Shown here: one piece after another, positions 58,333 to 64,000 of the stretch
Layout: every line of letters starts with the position of its first letter
Numbering within the stretch: the stretch's first letter is position 1
Origin: an uncultured bacterium
GTDB taxonomy: Bacteria > Muiribacteriota > UBA6191
Direction of reading: 5' to 3'
Length of the DNA: 64,000 nucleotides
Assembly (NCBI GenBank): GCA_964539825.1
Contig: CAZIKF010000001.1
Coordinates: forward strand, 22,695 to 86,694
Program-made: the position numbers and the translations under genes
Notes under the pieces: generated by a model
Seen by the model: only the letters and a program-made list of their open reading frames with translations
What the model was told of the DNA's origin: nothing
Database searches by the model: none

Positions 58333-58797
58333 ATGCCTTCACCGGACCGGGATGCCCGGGACGCTACCCATAGATTCATCGAGTTTCTCAAGCAAAAGAG
58401 GCTTAAGCAGACGCAGCAAAGAATGGATGTCCTTCGAAAGCTGCTTAGTCTCCAAACGCACGTCAATGCTGAGGAACTGTTTCATGCGTTGAGAAAAGAA
58501 AATCCCTCAATCGGATACTCCACGGTCTATCGAACCCTTAAATTACTCACTGAATGCGGAATCGCAAAGGAAAACCAATTCGGAGATCGAATCACACGCT
58601 ACGAAAGTAGCTTTAATCGAAAACATCATGATCATATTGTTTGTGTGGAATGTAATGAAATCTATGAGTTTGAGAACGAGCAAATTGAGACGCTGCAAAG
58701 GGAAGTGGCGAAGAATCTTGGATTCCAAATGCTTGATCATAAGCTTGAAATTTACGGGATCTGTAAGTTATGCCTGCGGAGTAAGGAGTCATTATGA
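58333..58797 (+). CDS. fur: Fur-family metalloregulator
   Basis: 154 aa with an N-terminal winged helix (RLKQTQQRMDVLRKLL…HVNAEELF) and C-terminal HHDH…CxxC (HHDHIVCVECN…CKLC). Confidence 0.85.
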   Translation: MPSPDRDARDATHRFIEFLKQKRLKQTQQRMDVLRKLLSLQTHVNAEELFHALRKENPSIGYSTVYRTLKLLTECGIAKENQFGDRITRYESSFNRKHHDHIVCVECNEIYEFENEQIETLQREVAKNLGFQMLDHKLEIYGICKLCLRSKESL

Positions 58798-59636
58798 GCA
58801 GCTTGGAAACAATTAGAGAGTCCGCTGGCTACCTTAAAGAGCATCTTTGCAACAGCGCTGAAATTGGAATTATTTGTGGTACTGGACTGGGGCCGATCGC
58901 TGATGAAATTGAAGTTCATTCGTCCCTCTCCTACGAAGAGATCCCCCACTTCCCCATGGGCTCCGTAGCTGGACATTCCAACCGAGCCTTATATGGGCTG
59001 CTGGAGGGGAAGGAAGTGATTGCCTTCCAGGGAAGGTTTCACTATTACGAGGGACATTCCCTGAGCGTTGCCACACTCCCGGTCCGAGTTATGGCTGAAA
59101 TGGGAGTCCGGTCTTTGATCGTCACCAACGCCGCAGGTGGTTTGAACCGCAACTTCCAGGTCGGCGACATCATGATTATTGAAGATCAGATTAATTTTCT
59201 TTTTCAAAATCCGCTCACTGGAGAAAACCATGAAGAGTTAGGCCCCCGATTTCCAGACATGTCCGCCCCATACTCTCAAGAGGCCATGAAGCTGCTCGAA
59301 AAAATTGCCATGGAAAAAGGGACTCGGACCCAAAGAGGAGTCTACATGGCGGTGACAGGACCCAGTTATGAGACTCGAGCGGAGCTGAGATATTTCTCAC
59401 GACAGGCGGACGCCATTGGCATGTCTACAGTACCGGAAGTCATTACAGCCTGCCATGCCGGAATTGATCACATCATAGGACTTTCCGTGATCACCAATAA
59501 GGCAACTGGTGAAGATATACATCAGGAATCTCACGAAGCAGTTGTGCAGGCGGCCAATGAAGCCACTCCAAGGGTAGTACAACTGGTCAAATCATTCGTT
59601 TCTTGCTGGAAGCCGGAAGAATCTAAGTTGTCCTGA
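58794..59636 (+). CDS. punA: purine nucleoside phosphorylase (trimeric PNP/MTAP family)
   Basis: GIICGTGLG, FQGRFHYYEG and LIVTNAAGGLN motifs. 280 aa. Confidence 0.85.
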   Translation: MSSLETIRESAGYLKEHLCNSAEIGIICGTGLGPIADEIEVHSSLSYEEIPHFPMGSVAGHSNRALYGLLEGKEVIAFQGRFHYYEGHSLSVATLPVRVMAEMGVRSLIVTNAAGGLNRNFQVGDIMIIEDQINFLFQNPLTGENHEELGPRFPDMSAPYSQEAMKLLEKIAMEKGTRTQRGVYMAVTGPSYETRAELRYFSRQADAIGMSTVPEVITACHAGIDHIIGLSVITNKATGEDIHQESHEAVVQAANEATPRVVQLVKSFVSCWKPEESKLS

Positions 59637-59650
59637 ATTGAGCCGATCCT

Positions 59651-60733
59651 ATGCTGGTTGAAAAACAAATAAAAGACCTCCTCGTTCATCATGAACAGGT
59701 CAAGTCACTGATCGCCGACCCCGAAGTCGTGAGCGACTTGGAGAGGTATAAGGAACTCGCGCGTGAGTTCAAGCGCTGTGAACCGATTGTCACCTTATGG
59801 GGCGAATTGGTGGGCTGCCGATCAGAGGTCGAAGAGGCTCAGAATCTTCTTTCAGATCCTGAGCTGGAAGAAGAAATGCGTGAGTGGGCTGAGCAGCAGC
59901 TTGCTGAAACGTCTCGGTCCGTTGAATCTTTGGAGATACGGCTGCAGTCGCTATTGTTACCCAAAGACCCCCTGGATGAGAAAAATATCATTGTCGAGTT
60001 GAGAGCGGGGGCCGGGGGAGATGAGGCCGGGCTTTTCGTGGCTGACTTATCCCGCATGTATTCCAAATTTTCTGAATCTCAGGGCTGGAAGGTAGAAACC
60101 CTCTCATCGCATGAAACAGGAGTAGGAGGATTTAAGGAGATCATTCTTTCCATACAAGGCGAATTGGTCTATTCCAAGATGAAATTTGAGAGTGGAGTTC
60201 ACCGTGTACAGAGAGTCCCCACCACGGAATCTTCAGGAAGAATCCATACTTCAACGATTACTGTGGCTGTACTTCCAGAGGTAGAAGAAATTGATTTTGA
60301 AATCCACCAGCAAGATGTTCGAGTGGACACCTTTTGCGCTTCCGGTCCTGGAGGACAATCAGTAAATACAACCTATTCCGCGGTTAGACTTACCCATGTC
60401 CCCACAGGAACCACCGTATCTTGTCAGGATGAAAAGTCCCAGATTAAGAACAAAGACAAGGCTTTTAAAGTCTTGCGAGCTCGATTAGCCGCTGAAGACA
60501 GGAAAAGACGGGAAGCTGAATTAGCCGCAAATCGCTCCTCGCAGGTAGGAACCGGCGAGAGATCTGAAAAAATTCGCACCTACAATTTCCCCCAGGGCAG
60601 AGTTTCAGACCATCGAATCGGCCTTACACTACATTCTCTACAAGCTGTTTTGGAAGGCGAGCTCCAAGACGTGATTGAGGCCCTTACCCTGGATGAAGAA
60701 CGCCGCAAACTTGAGGCACTTCAAGCGGGCTAG
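59651..60733 (+). CDS. prfA: peptide chain release factor 1
   Basis: GGQ motif (GPGGQSVNTT) and an RF1-type P(T/A)T tripeptide (VPTTESSGRIHTS). 360 aa with no frameshift site. Confidence 0.95.
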   Translation: MLVEKQIKDLLVHHEQVKSLIADPEVVSDLERYKELAREFKRCEPIVTLWGELVGCRSEVEEAQNLLSDPELEEEMREWAEQQLAETSRSVESLEIRLQSLLLPKDPLDEKNIIVELRAGAGGDEAGLFVADLSRMYSKFSESQGWKVETLSSHETGVGGFKEIILSIQGELVYSKMKFESGVHRVQRVPTTESSGRIHTSTITVAVLPEVEEIDFEIHQQDVRVDTFCASGPGGQSVNTTYSAVRLTHVPTGTTVSCQDEKSQIKNKDKAFKVLRARLAAEDRKRREAELAANRSSQVGTGERSEKIRTYNFPQGRVSDHRIGLTLHSLQAVLEGELQDVIEALTLDEERRKLEALQAG

Positions 60734-60766
60734 GACTCTTAGAAATTCCTCTTCTGTACACCGATC

Positions 60767-61624
60767 ATGCCCCCCAAAGAAAGACTTTCTGCAAGGATGC
60801 TTTATAGAAGCGGGGTCTTACGGCTTAAAAAAGTAACCCCCTTTCCTGAAAAGGAATATCTCGCGATTCTGGCCAGCATCCTAAATGTTTCCAATCCATC
60901 CTCCCTGGTAGGGGAAATGGACAGATTAAAACTGGACGGGGAGGTCGAGTCTCGCCTGGAATGTCTTTTGGTACGAAGGGAAAGCTTCGAACCGTTAGCC
61001 TATATTTTAGGTTTTGAGCACTTTTGGGGGCGTCGGTTTGTAGTCAATCCTCACGTCCTGATCCCCAGACCCGAAACCGAACTACTTCTGCAGCAATTTC
61101 TATCTGAAGTTCAGCCCGATGCCCAGGGAGTGGCACTTGATCTCGGCACAGGAAGCGGGATCATTGCCATCAGTATCGCAATGGAGAGAAGAAAGATTCA
61201 GATCATCGGCAGTGACCTATCCCAGGAAGCCTTAAAGACAGCACGAGTGAATTCATTCTTTCATGGGGTAAGTCCCTCCTGGGTCCAGGGGGATTTGCTA
61301 CGGTTTATTCCAGAAAACAGCCTTGATTACCTCATTTCAAATCCCCCCTACGTCCCGGAAAAGTCGAGAAACACGCTCCCCCCGACAGTCTTGCGTTTTG
61401 AGCCGCAAACGGCTCTCTTTTCAGGAGACGACGGACTGCGCCATATCCTCAGGATTCTTAAGGATATTCCGAGAGTACTAAAGCCTGGCGGACAAGCATT
61501 CCTTGAAATTGGAAAGGACCAGTCGGATACCCTGGAACAAGTTCTGTGTAAAACACCCATTCAGAAATTCATTTTTCTCCCGGACTTTGCACAAATCCCC
61601 AGAATATTGGTAATCAAAAAATGA
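60767..61624 (+). CDS. prmC: release factor glutamine N5-methyltransferase (HemK/PrmC)
   Basis: LDLGTGSGIIAI SAM motif and the NPPY motif (ISNPPYVP). Immediately downstream of prfA. Confidence 0.85.
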   Translation: MPPKERLSARMLYRSGVLRLKKVTPFPEKEYLAILASILNVSNPSSLVGEMDRLKLDGEVESRLECLLVRRESFEPLAYILGFEHFWGRRFVVNPHVLIPRPETELLLQQFLSEVQPDAQGVALDLGTGSGIIAISIAMERRKIQIIGSDLSQEALKTARVNSFFHGVSPSWVQGDLLRFIPENSLDYLISNPPYVPEKSRNTLPPTVLRFEPQTALFSGDDGLRHILRILKDIPRVLKPGGQAFLEIGKDQSDTLEQVLCKTPIQKFIFLPDFAQIPRILVIKK

Positions 61625-62199
61625 ACCTGGAGCCAGTTTTCGCACTCGCCACCGACACTTTGTGGGGACTGGCCTGCCGCGCTGACGATTACGATTCTGT
61701 GCAAAAAATTTTCCAACTCAAGGGCCGGCAGTTTGATCAGCCACTTACTCTCTTTGTTGCAGACCATCAAGCGGCAGGGAAAATACAGCATATCCCTCAA
61801 GACCTCATACCGTGGCTGGAGCACCACTGGCCTGGACCACTCACCTTCATTTCCAGGTCCGTCTCCCGGGCATATCAACACTGCCACCCCTCGAGCGAAA
61901 GGATTGGAATCAGGATCCCCAGGCATGAAGGCACTCTGGACCTATTAAGGGAACTTTCAATTCCCCTGGCCGTCACTTCCTTTAATCTATCTGGCCAGAA
62001 ACCCGCCAAAACCAGGACTGAACTGCTTCAACTATTTTCGGGGCAAGTGACCCAGATCGTTGGTAATATGTGCTCCCATTCCATAGAATCCAGCGTCATT
62101 ACCCTCGATGGAACCGACCTGAGAATCCTGAGAGGAACTCGGGTTCAAACCCAGGAACTAAAGTTAAGCCTGCCACACCCCTACAAAATTCTACCCTAG
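61621..62199 (+). CDS. tsaC: L-threonylcarbamoyladenylate synthase (YrdC/Sua5 family, TsaC-type)
   Basis: 192 aa with YrdC-domain signatures (…ALATDTLWGLAC…, PGPLTFI, SFNLSGQ). Confidence 0.75.
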   Translation: MNLEPVFALATDTLWGLACRADDYDSVQKIFQLKGRQFDQPLTLFVADHQAAGKIQHIPQDLIPWLEHHWPGPLTFISRSVSRAYQHCHPSSERIGIRIPRHEGTLDLLRELSIPLAVTSFNLSGQKPAKTRTELLQLFSGQVTQIVGNMCSHSIESSVITLDGTDLRILRGTRVQTQELKLSLPHPYKILP

Positions 62200-62234
62200 G
62201 AGTCTGTCGGAGCAATTGATGCTAAAATCCATCC

Positions 62235-62930
62235 ATGGCTCTTGAGGAATCCCGGGTTCTTGAAACCTACTTTGATCAAATCGCTCCAAATTATCAGTTT
62301 ATGAATGGACTGTTAAGCCTTAATCTGGACAAGGGTTGGAGAAATCAACTCCTAAGAGCATGCCCATTAACTAAGGGAAATCTCATCCTCGATGTGGCTT
62401 GCGGTACCGGCGACGTCACTTCCCTTCTAAAAAAAACTGAACCAGACATAACCGCGCTTGGACTGGACCTGTCTTTCGGAATGCTGCAGATTGCCAAACA
62501 GCATGAGCCCGAACTTCCTTTTTTAAGGGGAACTGGCGTTCTCACACCTTTTCAAGCAGAGAGCTTTCATGGCTTGACCATCGCCTTTGGCTTCAGGAAT
62601 ATGCCCGACCATAGTGAGTTTCTCAAAGAAGCCCACAGAATCTTAAAGCCGGGGGGCAAGCTTTTGATTTTGGAACTGACCCAACCTGAAAACCCACTCC
62701 TAAGATCTCTTAATTCTAAATACCTTAGAACTGTACTTCCGCTGGTCTCTTGGTTCTTTGGTAGAAATCGTGAAGCCTACAAATACCTGGCAGACTCCAT
62801 TGAATCTTTCCCTCCCCAGGCTATGGTAGCCCGTATGCTGCTCGAACACGGCTTCACCAAAAGCTCCTACCAGCTTCTAAGTTTTGGAATTGTGACTCTA
62901 TTTTCAGCATCTAAACCCGCAGCCGCATAA
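62235..62930 (+). CDS. ubiE: UbiE/MenG-family SAM-dependent methyltransferase
   Basis: LDVACGTGDV motif I, the UbiE-like N-terminus (YFDQIAPNYQFMN) and LKPGGKLLILE. Confidence 0.8.
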   Translation: MALEESRVLETYFDQIAPNYQFMNGLLSLNLDKGWRNQLLRACPLTKGNLILDVACGTGDVTSLLKKTEPDITALGLDLSFGMLQIAKQHEPELPFLRGTGVLTPFQAESFHGLTIAFGFRNMPDHSEFLKEAHRILKPGGKLLILELTQPENPLLRSLNSKYLRTVLPLVSWFFGRNREAYKYLADSIESFPPQAMVARMLLEHGFTKSSYQLLSFGIVTLFSASKPAAA

Positions 62931-63159
62931 CTAATCAGACTGAGACTACACTAATGGTTGAGTACCCAGGGAAGGGGCCGAAACATCGCTACATGGCGCT
63001 GAATCCACCTCCCCCGTGTCTACCTCGAACAAATGATCTACAGAATTGGTTCTACAAAAATGGTAATATTTAAAAGCTTTTTGTATACTCTTGAAGTCGA
63101 GGAGTCCTTTAAAAAGACTGTGGTTGTTCCTGGCATCCCAGGTTCTTTGGACCCGATTT

Positions 63160-64000
63160 ATGAATGAATCAAAGTACTGGAACCGGGCCGCCTTAATAGG
63201 ATTTCTCCTCACCCTGCTGCTCCAGGGATGCGGGGGCGGGGGCGGGGGTATTCCCTCTTCAGGTGGAACCACCGGCACTCCTACGGCACCAGGCTCGCCT
63301 TCTCAAAGTGCCGGAGTTGTGGCTCAAGTCAATGGAGAAGTGGGAGTTCCGCAATCCACCAGCCAGTCTATTCTTCGAAATTTGTCCAGGGTCTCCAAAG
63401 TTGTTTCCAATGTAGATCTCCAGAGGCAGACTAATTCACCGCTTTCAGGTGTCACGGTTGAGCTCTGGGCAGTCCGCGATGAAGGCGACATTGGCGAAGT
63501 TGAGTATCTCAAATTAGGGCAGGCTCTCACCGGGGCAGACGGTAAATATCAGATATCCATTTTAGGTACCGTCAACACCCAACTCCCATCACTATCAAAA
63601 ACTAGCTGTGTTACTAGCCCCCCATCCCTTTCCAAAACCATCTGTGTCACTAGCCTGGCATCCCTGTATATCTCTACCCACCTTGTCAAAATCAAGCTCA
63701 AAAGACCAAATTTTTCCCCACCCATAGATAAGAGCATCACTTTTCGCCCATCGGTTAATAACAAAATACTGGGGGAGGCGGATTCCTCTGTTGACCTCAC
63801 TATTGACGCTTCCATAGACGTACAGCAAGGACAGAATCTAAAGGTTGAGGTTATTAGTACAAGGGAACTGGAAGAGTGGGATAGGCGCCTCTCCGGCTTT
63901 CGTACTGATTTTGCTCAAAACCCAGGCTCCTTTGATTGGAATCCCAATGAATGGATTCCTCAAGATCTGAGCGAAAGACTTGTAATTCAGGAGCAGGTAG
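63160..64000 (+). CDS. 3'-truncated secreted lipoprotein (not in the supplied ORF track because it has no in-window stop)
   Basis: An in-frame stop at 63064-66 is followed by the first ATG at 63160. I translated it codon by codon to position 63999 without a stop. N-terminus MNESKYWNRAALIGFLLTLLLQGCGGGGGGIPSSGGTTGTP… is a signal peptide with a lipobox Cys and a Gly/Thr/Pro linker. All four listed minus-strand ORFs in this interval are antisense to it. Confidence 0.55.
   Translation, partial: MNESKYWNRAALIGFLLTLLLQGCGGGGGGIPSSGGTTGTPTAPGSPSQSAGVVAQVNGEVGVPQSTSQSILRNLSRVSKVVSNVDLQRQTNSPLSGVTVELWAVRDEGDIGEVEYLKLGQALTGADGKYQISILGTVNTQLPSLSKTSCVTSPPSLSKTICVTSLASLYISTHLVKIKLKRPNFSPPIDKSITFRPSVNNKILGEADSSVDLTIDASIDVQQGQNLKVEVISTRELEEWDRRLSGFRTDFAQNPGSFDWNPNEWIPQDLSERLVIQEQV

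Noticed and set aside
62946-63828. Minus-strand ORFs 62946..63278, 63324..63530, 63549..63815 and 63595..63828
   Set aside because: All lie antisense to, or overlap the start of, the uninterrupted plus-strand lipoprotein frame 63160..63999.

Overview
This is a densely coded chromosomal window from a diderm bacterium that makes LPS, with roughly mid-40s to 50% GC by eye. I see no rRNA, tRNA, CRISPR array, transposase or phage genes. In coordinate order it contains the following. (1) A 5'-truncated coiled-coil ORF, then two paralogous large secreted proteins that share an unusual C-terminal Gly-rich/CF[IV]ATAA/TM module; one of them carries an in-frame (D-A-G-A-A)n tandem repeat. (2) ybaB and a complete F1Fo ATP synthase operon (atpI-atpZ-atpB-[triple-hairpin c]-atpE-atpF'-atpF-atpH-atpA-atpG-atpD-atpC) whose single-hairpin c subunit carries a Na+-type Q/E...ESTxxY signature. 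(3) Hypothetical proteins, a HEAT-repeat::PilT-like ATPase fusion with degenerate catalytic boxes, a polytopic membrane protein, arginase, and a zf-HC2/FecR-type anti-sigma factor. (4) A dcw block: murD-ftsW-murG-murC-(secreted hypothetical)-murB-ftsQ-ftsA-ftsZ. (5) acyP, a degenerate TrpC-like TIM-barrel protein, trpS, a methyltransferase-like hypothetical, pepA and a small ferredoxin. (6) A late flagellar block with Firmicutes/spirochaete-like order (comFC-yvyF-flgM-flgN | terminator | flgK-flgL), in which FlgL is a 2048-aa giant. (7) The lipid A block lpxA-lpxC::fabZ(fused)-lpxD-skp plus an M23/LysM peptidase. (8) fur-punA-prfA-prmC-tsaC-ubiE. (9) A 3'-truncated lipoprotein gene running off the window end, which the ORF track does not list. 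A family of related about 70-150-nt elements sits immediately upstream of three minus-strand genes (arginase, a small Cys-rich secreted protein, pepA). All functional calls rest on motif recognition in the translated ORFs and were not checked against databases.
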